DNA from: Ophelia neglecta
Taxonomy: Eukaryota
Direction: 5' to 3'
DNA length: 64,000 nt
NCBI GenBank assembly: GCA_965285935.1
Contig: OZ260661.1
Span: 104,904,001 to 104,968,000 of the forward strand
In this document: positions 23,339 through 35,391 of the stretch, piece by piece
Layout of the letters: every line of letters starts with the position of its first letter
How positions within the stretch are numbered: the stretch's first letter is position 1
Notes under the pieces: model-generated
Database searches by the model: none
Told to the model about the DNA's origin: nothing
The model's input: the letters and a program-made list of their open reading frames with translations, nothing else
Position numbers and translations under genes: made by a program

Positions 23339-24752
23339 AATTGGGCTCCACGGGCTGACACAACGCCGGCCTATGGAGCTCGTCTTGTCCACTCTGTGCT
23401 GTGAATCGTGTTGATGCGTGTACGATTGTTACCCTGTCTTTCGACCGGTGAGACATCGGCATTTCATATAAGTCGAACAATCTGTGCATTTACGCACAAT
23501 ATTTGGAACAATTATCCATGTATAGTAGGCCCCTATGTCATTTCTTTTTCTCTTAAGCAAACGAACTATATCTATCACTGCACTTGAATTCCCAACACCA
23601 CACTTTATGTAATGAAATTATGTTTTGTGAATCACATACTAGTGCGAGCTTTATAATTCTGTATAATGAATTATACGTGTAGCTATTGTCGTTGTTATTT
23701 TCATTATCTTAAAACAAAAATAAAAGACATAGAAACATATAGAGAAAACAAAAATCTGACAGCCCTATTCCAACTGCCCTCTACGTGTTTTATTCACGAA
23801 TAAATATTCATGAATTGACAAGCTAAGCCTTCACTTATTTTAATGCTATTTTAACTATACTAATAATTATTTATTATACATGAGTCCTTGGTAGATTACT
23901 CTTTCATGGACTTTTCATACTTTGTTTTCGCGTGAACAACGATTTGTGAAAGTTTTAATGCCTCTAACGTCATTATTAAACCTATCTTGAAAACAACCAC
24001 CAAAGTGCATGTACTGTACTGATGACCGTACAGCACGTTAAAATTGATACACCTCAGGTCATTTGCACCGCTTAAGTCGGTGGCTGTTCTCAGCGAAACG
24101 AATAGGACAAGGATTTACCATTATGATTTTAAGTGTTAAAAAAGAATCACTGTAAGTTTAAGGTCATATATGGCGCCGTAATAGAGGTGGCGCAATGACC
24201 GCTAACTCATCAGTCCGTGTTCAATTGTCCATCATGGTGTTGTACGCCGGGTAGAGCAGTGTAATTTTTCATTTTTATTTGCTCATTAGATGTAAAGTTG
24301 CCAGTATCTTCTGTTCCTCAACATTTAATCTTCGACTTAAGTTCTGCAGATGACCTAACCGAAGCGGATCGAGGTCTGTACGTTGTCTATATAAAACTCA
24401 CCTGCCGCCAGGTCAATGTTCTAGACGCGCTATAAGGTCATCAGTATCTACAGTCTTGTCACGAACATTAACAATTAAACTCTGGCCCATTTCTTGGCGC
24501 GAACATTTTTATTTACAGTTATGTAGTGTACACCTTAAGGATCAGACCCGTGGATATCAGTTTATAATAATGTACCATAAGGGCTGATGGGCCACTTAAA
24601 TAGTGTGATTATTAACTGTAGCCTGCTTACATATACTGCCGAAATATTACCAAATTAGGTGAGAAGAGAAGCGGCCCAGAATGAAGACCACTGTGACCTG
24701 GGTAGGGCTCGGGTAGGGCCGGGGTAATTCTTAAAAAAAGGGTGTTTCCTAA

Positions 24753-25912
24753 TACCCCAGTCACACAGAGCCATCGGTGAGAGATCGTTAGTTTTTCTAG
24801 CCAGATTAGGGCGGGAACCGATGCAAACCTATTTAGGCGTACCACCGATATCACCTTTTGGTCGCCTGTTTTCCACCTATCAAATTCGATTGGGTAAAGA
24901 TGAGTTTCGTCGGACAAAAACTACTGATTGGGATTTTTAAACGTGTTTAAAATTCTCGATCGGTGAAAATATCTTACAAATAACCGATTAACAACCTGTC
25001 TCCAGCCGATATCACTGATAGGCCACCGATATGGCACCGATGAATTGATACTAACCTCCGATAAAAAAAAGCTGAGAATTAAACTTATTAAAATCAAAAT
25101 CTAAAAAAAAAAGGTTTCACGATTCTGGGAGATAGGCGTTGTAATAGCTCGTCGAACATTTCCGGAGTCATCTTCATATAGTTCTGGAAGGAGCCGATGT
25201 CATCCTGCCTTCGCTCTGCATGAATGGTGTGGTACTGCCCAAACTGAAGTCTTTTTATCCTCGGTTAACCAAGGTCTGGTCTACCATCTCCTTTGCCTCT
25301 CACGGCGCCGCCTTTGCTCGCCTATGGGCTGCTGGGCAACCCGGATGGCATGTCTGACATTGAGAAGGACCTGCTGTTGCAACAACATGCCAAACTGCTG
25401 GATTACCCTTCACTCCTCCATGATTTTAAGCGGCGAAATGTACGATATTCACCAGTTTTCATCACTTATACTTATTTTTTAACTGAACCGACAACATCCT
25501 TAAGAGATATGTAAGCTCTTTAATTATCACCTATATCACCGATCGGCCACCGATTACCACATATATCTCACCGACCATATCAGATGAAAAATGTTTGGTG
25601 ACTATACTGACTTGCTCCCAAACACCGATCGATCGCCGACATACCCGATTTGACACCGACTTACAAGCGATGATAACCGGTCATACCAGCAATGATTTTG
25701 ACCGATCGAACAATTATTTACCACAAATACCCAGTCACACTAACAGCAAGAAATAAAATCACTTATGACAACCGATCAAAACAGCGAGAAATGGAATATC
25801 ATTAGGCCGATTGTGTGCCGATTTAAGCCCGACCGTCTGTGTGACTGGGGCATTAAGCCCGACCGTCTGTGTGACTGGGGCATTAAGCCCGACCGTCTGT
25901 GTGACTGGGGCA
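24753..25912 (-). mobile_element. Internally deleted PIF/Harbinger transposon
   Basis: TAA TSD (24750-24752 and 25913-25915); TIR TACCCCAGTCACACAG / CTGTGTGACTGGGGCA; many subterminal ACCGAT motifs. A broken minus-strand frame at ~25115-25320 reads RRW*TRPWL...QDDIGSFQNYMKMTPEMFDELLQRLSPRI, typical of the N-terminus of Harbinger nucleases. Confidence 0.85.
25823..25912 (+). repeat. Three exact 30-bp tandem copies of the Harbinger right end
   Basis: TTAAGCCCGACCGTCTGTGTGACTGGGGCA x3 with no spacers. Confidence 0.95.
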
Positions 25913-27922
25913 TAAGAGGGCAGTCATGATTTACAACGTGTGTATGATGGGTAAGGGGAGGCGGCTAAAAAAGCACCACCCTCTGATTGAGGGGCCGGGA
26001 ATCAAATGACATGCAAACCCTGCCGTAAAAGCCCGTTGAATGGTCACAAATTGTTGAAAAGTGCCTCGTTATTATAGTTAATATATACCATAAAAAACGG
26101 ATTATTAAAAATTTGACGCTTCACGACTTCATACAATGTCATGTTTTGACATCAATGTTGGAAAAACCTCAGCTCTAGGCTACAGTTGGATTTGTGAAAC
26201 GATATACAGCCGTTGCTCAGTTACCCTTAGATTTGACCATGTTCAGAAAACACCAAGAGTAAATTTTGATAAATTCTACCACTCTGTCACAATTATCATG
26301 ACGGGCAGTAGTCTCCAACTATAAGCAAACAACAGTATAAGTTATGACAAACGCCTACTTACCCATAGGAATGGATTAATTGGCGTTGGCCATTTTTCTC
26401 ATTAGGGTAACAAATCTTTACTCAGATGGTGTCCCATCAGTGAAAAGTATGTGAGAGCTCTTGTGGGAAGAAAAGCAGAATTGCAAGTTGGAAGTTTATT
26501 GCAGTTTTTTCCTCAAATTCTTCGATCGTTTGCCTACTTACAAAAAATAAAATTTGACGAACAATTAAAATTCTCATCCTTATGAATATGAATTGCATAA
26601 GGATAATTTAGCCGGTCACAGATTAACATTTTGTCCTCTAATCGACAATATCCGCTGTATACAGAATTGAGGGATGCAAACCTTTCGTTATATTTTACTG
26701 GCTATATCCGCTACAAGAGACATTCATATTTCTAAAGAAGATTCAGAACGAGTCTATAATCAGCGGTGTATCTAACTTCATTTTTGCTGGTTATGAATGT
26801 AAAACAGGACGCCATAAATTTGATGATATAGGTCACTCTGATTATGTTATTTTGTCATAATATTTCCACATAAATCATTGTCTTCTAAGAACCTTGGGAT
26901 TGTATAGTACTGAAATAAAGTGATTCCTTATTATTGCAAAACTTATTATTGCAAAACAAATTAACAGCTTATTTTGTTTCGCAAGTAAATTGACCGGGAA
27001 ATATAAACCAGTTTGTCGAGTTTTTAAAGATTGAGCACAATTATTCTACGTTTACGCACTTAGGAAGGAATTAAGGATCGAGATTTTTAACCGATATGAG
27101 ACAGGACTTGTTTTTCGAGAACTGTATTTTTTGATAGAGAAAAACATTCCCCCCCCCCCTCCCCCTCCCCCAGTGATATAGGCATATATAATAACCGCAT
27201 CTAATTCCATATCGAAATAAGGTGTCCAACTAAGTCTAATTTCATGCTTGTATACGGATTTACACGAGTGACCCTAAAATTTGAGATAAACCACTCCTCT
27301 ATTCAGGTTCTCGTCGTTTTAGGAGGATCGAGTTCCATAATATCGATCTATGAATATTTGCAGAAAGATTGATATGAATATTCAGCTGGTTGCTATTGCC
27401 GTCCGTCTGTCTCGTTTCCAAGTTTTGCTATATCCGTTCTTTTAGTAGACCACCGACAACAACGCCCCAAGTTTTGATGACGAAAAGTATTGCTTACCAA
27501 CTGATTACATCCTTTTACGACACATTTATAGTACTGGCCTTATTCAAATATGCCCAAAGGTCCTTAATTTGGGAACATAGAATTATTGCCACGGGCACCT
27601 TTGGATAATTATGATATTATTAAATGACAATATTACTCATAAAGAAGAAACAGTTGCAGATGCCCCTAAAATGTTTCCTAGATTTAATGCACACGCTTCA
27701 AACAATCCTTTATAACCGGCAGGTGCTCAATTTGGCTTTCACCCACTGTTCAAAGCGACACATTAGCATCCCAAGAACGTGTTCAATGACTGTAGGCCCC
27801 TGTGCGCATGCGTCGTTGGCGGGTAACTTGAAAAGACCAGGCATAATTTTTCCAGGATTTACTACATTTACCGAATTTGGACAGTGGGTATTTTTTGTAA
27901 TATCCCTCACGAAGTTCCATAG

Positions 27923-29797
27923 ATGAGGTCGGTTCACCTTTTATTGCCACTTTTTTGTTTGTTATCGAGTGGCACGGATATTTTCACCATGCCAGGCGAT
28001 GAAACAAGGAACGAAGATGGCGGACCGGGTATTCTTGAGGCAATCTATAAAAGGCTTGACACCCTGGATTCATTGGCGGTCAGTGTACAGGCCGTTAACA
28101 AAACACTACAAAACCTGGATACCTCTGTGACCAAGCTGTCAAACCGAGTCAATGTTAACGAGCAGGCTTTGGCTAAACTACAGGATGACGCGGAAACATG
28201 TTCCCAGGACAGAGCCACTATTCGTAACGAACTGGAAAAATTGACCGAAAATTTTACGAATTTCCAGGAAGCTGAGGAGGTGTACAAGCTGAAACTCGAG
28301 GTCAATCGCCGTGCCCGAAACCTGGTCATCTATGGCCTGAAAAATAGTAAGATCACTCCCGACGTGGAACTCGCCAAGGATTTCCTAAAAAAGATCGGCT
28401 TCTCCCATAGAGAAATATCTGACTTCGGCCCTAGGTTCGTGAGCAGAGCAAGGGAGGAGAAGGACGGATCACCGAGCGCCCTCGTCATCTCACTCCGACT
28501 CAAAGACCACGTATTCAAGGTCTTCGAAAAGGCCAAGAATACCGACATGGCAGCTAAAGTGAGTAGGGATTTGCCATTTCCGATACGAGCCGCTCGTTCA
28601 CTTCTCCTGCCAAGAGTGTACGACCTGAAGAAGTTATATTCTGATGTTAAACTGGAGTTCCCAGCCAAATTGGAGGTTAACCGTGAGCTTTGGATAGACT
28701 TCTTTCCTGGATATGGCAGAGCTTCAGGAAACTTCGTTATGGACAGGATCAAGAAAATGGACTTCACAGAGATGGATGAAAAAATCGACGCCGCGTTAAA
28801 ACAAGCTGGGAAGGAACCCATTGAAAAGCAGAAGCGGTGGACGGATGGAAAGCCTGAAAGGAAAAGGCGTCGGTCAGATGGCGCAAGCGCAGACGCGGAA
28901 CCTCCTTCAAAACAGGTTGATAACATTGTATCATCTAACATTCCATGTCAAGCCCCATCCGATGAATGTCAAACAATGTCACTACACATAAATAATGTAA
29001 ATGATAGTGCAAACCTCAAAATAGCTGAACCCCAATATGGGCGTAGATGTAAATCTCCATTTGCCTCGAAACCTATAACTCATACAAGTAGTTTTGAACA
29101 TTTCAATCGTTTCTCTTGTCTTGAGCATGAAACTGTAAACCAGGATGAGTTGGGAAAAATAGAAATGAGTGTTGACCCAGATGTAAACTGCCCTAACAAA
29201 CTAAATCTGTCTGATGGTATCCAGAGTGGTAACAAAAAGCCGGTACATTCAACCCCTCATCAAAGTAGAACAAAACCGAAAATTAGCCTTGATGTTTCGG
29301 CAATTTGCCTAGATGGCAGGGATAATAGTGTAAACATACCTGTTGATGATTGTTCCGTGCGCTTAACCGGTCCACCCCCTTTCAAAGTATATGGTGAAAC
29401 GGTAGATGATTCGGTATCAGGCAATAGTACTTTTGACTCCATCTTAAATGAATCGACCAACAACACCGTGATTGAATGTCAAATGCGTTCCCCTGTACCT
29501 AAGAAGCAAAATTCTACCAATGCAAGAAATGCAGTACATCAGCGGAAAATGCTTGAAAATAAAGCAGCGAAAGGTGTTGAGAGACATTATCAAAAACCTA
29601 GCCAACGAAAAAGTGGTCGGGGAGGTAAAACGGTTTTCTCTAAGGGCAGATGTCCAGTACAAAAGCCTTTGAATCCAGCGGAATTTAGGTCGAAAGTCGG
29701 TCGAAGAGCCGAACGAAACCTAAATAGTAAACAAGTTTTGGTACCCCCTTTAGAAGTAAACACTCCAGGGGGGGAACAGCAGGGGACTAGTGAATAG
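27923..29797 (+). CDS. LINE ORF1 protein (coiled coil + RRM-like domain + long disordered tail)
   Basis: 624-aa ORF; the likely start is ACCATG at 27989. A heptad-like region precedes RARNLVIYGL and VSRDLPFPIRAARSLL, as in L1/CR1-type ORF1p. Confidence 0.85.
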   Translation: MRSVHLLLPLFCLLSSGTDIFTMPGDETRNEDGGPGILEAIYKRLDTLDSLAVSVQAVNKTLQNLDTSVTKLSNRVNVNEQALAKLQDDAETCSQDRATIRNELEKLTENFTNFQEAEEVYKLKLEVNRRARNLVIYGLKNSKITPDVELAKDFLKKIGFSHREISDFGPRFVSRAREEKDGSPSALVISLRLKDHVFKVFEKAKNTDMAAKVSRDLPFPIRAARSLLLPRVYDLKKLYSDVKLEFPAKLEVNRELWIDFFPGYGRASGNFVMDRIKKMDFTEMDEKIDAALKQAGKEPIEKQKRWTDGKPERKRRRSDGASADAEPPSKQVDNIVSSNIPCQAPSDECQTMSLHINNVNDSANLKIAEPQYGRRCKSPFASKPITHTSSFEHFNRFSCLEHETVNQDELGKIEMSVDPDVNCPNKLNLSDGIQSGNKKPVHSTPHQSRTKPKISLDVSAICLDGRDNSVNIPVDDCSVRLTGPPPFKVYGETVDDSVSGNSTFDSILNESTNNTVIECQMRSPVPKKQNSTNARNAVHQRKMLENKAAKGVERHYQKPSQRKSGRGGKTVFSKGRCPVQKPLNPAEFRSKVGRRAERNLNSKQVLVPPLEVNTPGGEQQGTSE

Positions 29798-32700
29798 CAA
29801 TCATCGAACCAGGTCGTCACACCATGTCTTACTAATCTTAATGTTACATCATGGAATGTAGGGGGTAGACAAAATCTTTTTGAAGATTCTGATTTTCTCC
29901 AGGAGATAAACAAATCACATATCGTAGCACTTCAAGAGACGTGGGGTGGTGTAAATAAGATCCAGGAATTGCCTGGCTATAAAGCGTTCATTGCTAATAG
30001 GTCAGACCTTCACCCACGTGCGACACGTCCATCGGGGGGCTTGGCTACATATGTGAGTGACGACTTGGAAAGGTGTGTAAGAGAAATCAAAACAATAAAA
30101 GATAACTTCCAATGGCTGGAATTTGATTTTGTACAAATAGGTGAAAACGGCAAGAGGGACATTTGGTTGGTATGTAATTGCTATATCCCACCTGAGAATA
30201 GCATCGGCAAAGATGCTAGGATTGACTTGTTTGAGTCGCTCCTAGGCGATATCATAGAGTTTGAAACGTTGTATGCAGTGCGCAACGTCCACTACATGAT
30301 CCTGGGGGACAATAACTGCAGAATAGGCGGCAGACCTGATTATGTTGTTGATGATTCAAATAAGCATATCCCTGACATAATTGAGTATACATCAGATATA
30401 CAATGGCCCAGGAAATGTCTCGACAAAGGTACCCCTACAGGCGCTCTGTTACAGGAATTCTGTATAACGACAGGTATGAGAGTGTTAAATGGTCGGATTG
30501 GTGGAGACGCGCAAACTGGGACATTTACTTTCTATGGCGGTACTGGCAGGTCAACAGTCGATTATGTCATAATGTTAGAGGGCGACTTGGACAAGGTGGC
30601 CGAGTTTGACATAGGTAAACATTGTCACGTGTCTGATCACTGCCCAATACATACTAGCCTAAACATCAAGGTCTTAAAGCCTGACCCCAGTGAACCACTC
30701 AGCGATTGGAAGTTGAAGTGGGATGGCGCGCTGGTTGATGATATAGTCGCATCAGTAGCCAGTAGGACCGATATGTTCATGTCCATTCTGTCTGATAACC
30801 AGCTAAGCGTAGACACCAAAGTTGACAACATAACTGAATTATTACAAAACATTTGCAAGCCTCTAATCGGCAGGCAGCATACATTTGGCCCTTTTCGTAA
30901 ACGGTCTAAACAATTTTTCTGGGAAGATGACAATTGCTTCCGTAAAAGAGCCCGTTACTTCAAGTGGCGTGACAAGTATGACACAGCAGTGATAAACAAT
31001 GATCCAGCTGCCGAAGAAATTTACACTATTTGTAGGCAGTATAGGAAAGAATTTAGATCGGCTGAGAAGAAATGCCGATATCTAAACAGACTAAAGACGA
31101 CACGTAAAATACTGTCACTGAAAGAAAAAGACTTAAGGAAGTATTGGCGTAGTGTCAACAACATAGGGAGGGTACAATCAAATGACTGTAGGGTCCCCGT
31201 CGGAGATCTGTCTGAACAATTCTCCTCAGTGAATAACCCGACGGACCGTGACTTTTTCACCAGTAGTGCTAGAACCAACGATTACCTGCACAGTGGTGTT
31301 ATCGATCAGACCCTTTATCCTGAACTCGAAAGACCGATCACACTGAGTGAGCTTGAGAAATTTCTCAAAAGTGTGAAATGTGGTAAAGCAACTGGGTGTG
31401 ACAAGCTGCCCAATGAGCTCTTCAAGTTCATTGAACCACTCAAACCAGTCATGGTCGAAGTTTTCAACCTTGTTTTGGACTCAGGTGAATTTCCGCGCTC
31501 ATGGGCTTTGGGAGAAATTAGAGCTATCCACAAAAAAGGTAGCAAATCTGACCCCAAAAATGATCGTCCCATAACCCTGCTGAGCTGCCTTAGTAAAGTA
31601 TTTACTGGTAATTTGAATAGGAGGGTTAATGACAGGGCAGAGGAAAACTTTGTTTTTCATGCAGGTCAGGCGGGCTTCAGAAAAAACCACGGTACCATGG
31701 ATAACCTGTTTGTCCTAAAGGCATTTGGTGAGAGATATAGGCTAAGAAAGAAACAAATGTTCACAGTAATGGTTGACTTTCGGAGGGCCTTTGACCAAGT
31801 AGTTCATAACAATGCTTGGGAGAAATTGGTTCGTTTGGGCATCCGTGGCAAAGTCGTGAAGATCATGATGAACATGTACACGCATGTCAAATCATATGTC
31901 CGTGATGGGTTAGGCACTACAGGTCCGCTCTTTGGAGCATATGTTGGCTTGAGACAGGGAGAGTCCCTTTCCCCAGTAATATTTGCTTTCCTCATAAACG
32001 ACATGGAAAATTTTCTCAGAAATAATCTTCATGAAAACTGTGGTGCCACATGGGATGTCCTGAACATTCTTGCTCTCCTATTCGCAGATGACTGCTGTCT
32101 AGTCTCTGATAATGCCTCTGATTTACAGGATCTCTTAGACTTACTTGGCGAATACTGTAAGACATTGGGTCTTGAGGTAAATAAAGAGAAGACTAAGGTA
32201 TTGATATTTTGCAACAAAAAAGATGATCGTGACTTTAGTTTCTACTTCAACGGACAGAAGCTTGAGGTTGTAGATGAATTCTCTTATCTGGGTCAAACTC
32301 TTACAACAAATGCGACTTGGCAGAGAGCTAAAGAAGTCAACTTGAACAAAGCTCGTAAGTCACTGTATTTACTCCAGAAAAAGATTCACTATCTGAAACT
32401 CCCATTTGCCGATGCTCTGGACCTATTTATGAAATGTGTTGTCCCTGTATTAACCTATGGGTCAGAGTTGTGGGGTGGTGAGACATGTGACGAACTAGAT
32501 AGGTTTACCTTGAGCTTTTGTGAAAAGGCAATTCAGACTTAAACAATGTACTCCCAGCGACTGGATTTACCTTGAAACGGGCATGCCTCCCCTAGAATGC
32601 ATCCGGCATTGTAGAGTAATAGGTTTTTGGGCGTCGCTCATTGACCCTCTCTCTCAGAACAAATTGGCTTCACTCACGTATAGACAAATGAGAAAATCAG

Positions 32701-33323
32701 AAACAAACCTATGGTGTAGGGGGGTTGAAAGGATCCTGACAAAACATGGTTTTGCTTGGGCTTGGAGTAGCGAAAATATCGGTAACAAACAATGGTTTAT
32801 AAATGTCTTCAAAGACATTTGTTACTTAGATGCATTTACTAAATGCTATGAAAACTGTGTTAACTCCAAAAAAGGTATATTGTACTCTGATTTAGCCTGC
32901 AATATTAACTACACCGAAGGTGCACAGTATCTGCACATGCTGACTCCAGGTCACTGTAGTGAATTGGCGAGGTTTAGACTCAGAAACGTGTACACGGCAA
33001 ATGAGACTAGCCAATGGAAAAAGAGTCTGACGTGGGATGGTGCGAACTGTGAATGTTGTGGTTGTATGGACGATGAAAAACATTTTATACTAGGCTGTAA
33101 GCAGTTCGACCACCTCCGTAACCAATATATAGACCCGTATTACACAGAGGGCTCACCCGACCAGAAGGTCGTCGAACTACTGTGTTCTACTGACATTAAT
33201 GTTCTAAATAAGCTGGTTCTTTTCCTGAAAAAAGCCATGGCCGTCAAGAGGGAAACATTCAAGTGTATTCAATCAATGTACGAAATTAAAAATCACGACA
33301 TTGCTAAGACATTTATATCATAA
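29798..33323 (+). CDS. LINE ORF2 (AP endonuclease, reverse transcriptase, C-terminal Cys/His motif), with one frameshift near 32522
   Basis: The frame is open from 29798 directly after the ORF1 stop. APE motifs SWNVGG, LQETW, YIPP, GDNN, STVDY, SDHCP; RT motifs QAGFRK, DFRRAFD, RQGESLSP, FADD, YLG. After a one-base shift it continues KRQFRLK...CECCGCMDDEKHFILGC. Confidence 0.9.
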
Positions 33324-33747
33324 GCCTATGTATTGTACACGCCTATATGTACTTAGCCGTAATGTTTACAGTGTATTTATTTTTGTTATCTTACAGCTAC
33401 GATGATTGTGACAACCCTGGTCCATGTAATGTACAGATATGATGTCTAGATTGCTTAAATATGTAACTGTTCCCGTCTTAAATATGCGACATATGCTCAC
33501 ACGTTCTGTGATCAGATCTGGTTTGTACTTTGGTTATTATTCGCCACCACCTGATGGTTGTATTGTACATAGTTTTGTTCTCTACTTGAGTGTCAAATTG
33601 AACTAGTAACCGAACCTATTTAATTTGTTTACTTAAATCCAAGCAAGTTTAACAATATAAATAATTGGTGTAATAATCTAGGTTGAAACTGTAGCTTGTC
33701 TGAGAGCCTGTTTGGAAAAAACTGAATTAGTTGGTCCAAATAAAAGC

Positions 33748-33777
33748 CATTGTCATTGTCATTGTCATTGTCATTGT
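33748..33777 (+). repeat. (CATTGT)5 microsatellite tail of the LINE
   Basis: Five exact copies just after AATAAA. Confidence 0.9.
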
Positions 33778-34407
33778 AGTAATGAAGAATCACCACGAGG
33801 ATATCGCTATGTTAGGCCTACTGACAAATGTGATTTTTGATTCAACATATTCATGAATATGTTTTAAGATCGACATCAGGGAACAATGACGCATACCTCG
33901 AGTTATAAAACACTCGCACTGTCGCGCACTGTTAAAAAGAATGGGAGTGGATTCCAGGCAACCAATGAAAATCATAAATCATAAATAGTCAATTCATTCG
34001 GTCGGAATTCGTCACCCAGCAGCTGCAGGCCCACAAATAGTAGTCCCCGTTTCCTTTCCGACTGTAAATAAAGAAATTAATAATGTAATAATGTTCACTT
34101 AATTGAAATGACAGTCCATGATAAGTTACGAAATCGGTCAGGTTACATTTCAACGGACCAAAGTATTTGTTCGTAATGCTGAATGTGGCTTATTGTCTTT
34201 TGAATGTCAGACATGCCACTCCCTCCCCTCAAGAATTCGAGCCCAACATTCATAAAATTATATCGCGAGAGGATATATCTGATTTTATAGGCAAGTACGC
34301 AGTTTCTCTACTTGTTTGAAGCATAGACATAAATATGACTAAAACAAATCCATATACACTCCTATGCAAAAGTCAAATGGTTAAGTAATATTGCCTTTTA
34401 TTTACAG

Positions 34408-35191
34408 TTTTTGTTTTTGGAGTGATAAGCATCTTAATTGGAATGGTTTTAATGAATATAAAGGGAAGCATTTTTAAAGTTGTGGCTATTCTTCATATTA
34501 TTGTCTTCACTTTTTATTGTCTTTTTTTAAGTTGAAAAATCTTGTTATTTTCAGTAGAGACATGTTTAAGCAACCTAAGCACGCCATCGGCAATAACTAC
34601 CAATGCTTCAGTAACATTCCCTTACGATTTTTACAACGCCTCTATTATTCCAACTAGTGGACTATTGAAACAGTTAGGGAAATATCTTCGGCGCATATGG
34701 TAGACCTACATTTTTTTTTGGTTCAAAATGCCATTCATATTTCAATTGTAAGATGAAATATTCTTATATTTTAGTCACCAAAATAATGGCAAACTCGCTT
34801 CAACTACTGCATTAATGCAAACAGGAAGTTTCTGTTCTTTTAAACAAGAAATGGGATTCAATATCTATATATTTGCTATGTGGTATACGTTCTTTGGCGT
34901 GGTGGTTGGCCCTATACTTGGTTTGGCCTCAACCCTACTCCCAGGTGAGAGCTGATAAATTGCCGCAATCAGCCAAGTTTACTTAATATCAGAAATAATC
35001 TTGATGATAATGTAGCGCGGTTGCCTTCAATGCGTATTCTCTTTTAATCTTCTGTAGGATTCTCGGCTGACCATGTTGATAGAAAGTATCTCTTGCCCTT
35101 TGTGTCTTCTTTATTGGACTTTTGTAGACATCCTACAAAAATTGCCCTGTGTTTAAACCTGGGCTATGCACATCTACCGAAGACTATATAG
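34408..35191 (+). pseudogene. Decayed 3' fragment of a tandem SLC5 paralogue
   Basis: Exon-like pieces: 34408-34478 (FGVISILIGMVLMNIKGSIFK, cf. exon 10 FGVISILIGFLIMNMKGSIIK); 34849-34944 (cf. exon 14, frameshifted by a ~5-nt deletion); 35058-35191 (FSADHVDRKYLLP, cf. exon 15). Homologues of exon 11 and most of exon 12 are absent. Confidence 0.8.
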
Positions 35192-35302
35192 AACGTTAAG
35201 CCTCATAGATTGACTTGATCATGCACTGAGGTGATGCTTAGGCACATTTTGCCTTTTTAACCGGTTTTTTTTGCGGGGTGACACAACTAAGCAGCATATA
35301 TG

Positions 35303-35391
35303 CTGTTGACTGCAGGCGCCATGTACTAAAGTACATGGCGCCTGCAGTCAACAGGCGCCATGTACTAAAGTACATGGCGCCTGCAGTCAAC
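35303..35391. repeat. Perfect 25-bp-arm inverted repeat overlapped by a 39-bp tandem duplication
   Basis: CTGTTGACTGCAGGCGCCATGTACT-AA-AGTACATGGCGCCTGCAGTCAACAG (35303-35354). The unit at 35313-35351 is repeated exactly at 35352-35390. Confidence 0.95.

Larger units (their letters stand above)
27790..33777 (+). mobile_element. Near full-length non-LTR retrotransposon (LINE; APE+RT; RTE-X-like by motifs)
   Basis: ORF1 + ORF2, a ~420-nt 3' UTR, AATAAA at 33739 and a (CATTGT)5 tail at 33748-33777. The 5' boundary is approximate and no TSD was identified. The clade call comes from recalled motifs (GLRQGESLSP, C-terminal LETGMPPL and CxxC...DEKHFILGC). Confidence 0.9.

Noticed and set aside
25823-25912. 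CRISPR-like array of 30-bp repeats
   Set aside because: The repeats are contiguous with no spacers, match the Harbinger TIR, and lie in eukaryotic DNA with no cas genes.
27600-27920. Target-site duplication for the LINE
   Set aside because: The sequence after the (CATTGT)5 tail (AGTAATGAAG...) has no convincing match upstream of ORF1, so the 5' boundary is left approximate.
29969-32542. ORF2 starting at 29969, as given in the ORF track
   Set aside because: That start is a TTG downstream of the essential APE motifs SWN and QETW; the frame is open from 29798.
28045-33083. Minus-strand ORFs within the LINE (e.g. 28330-28941) as an ORF0-like antisense gene
   Set aside because: They are explained by the codon structure of the sense ORFs; no motif or independent support.
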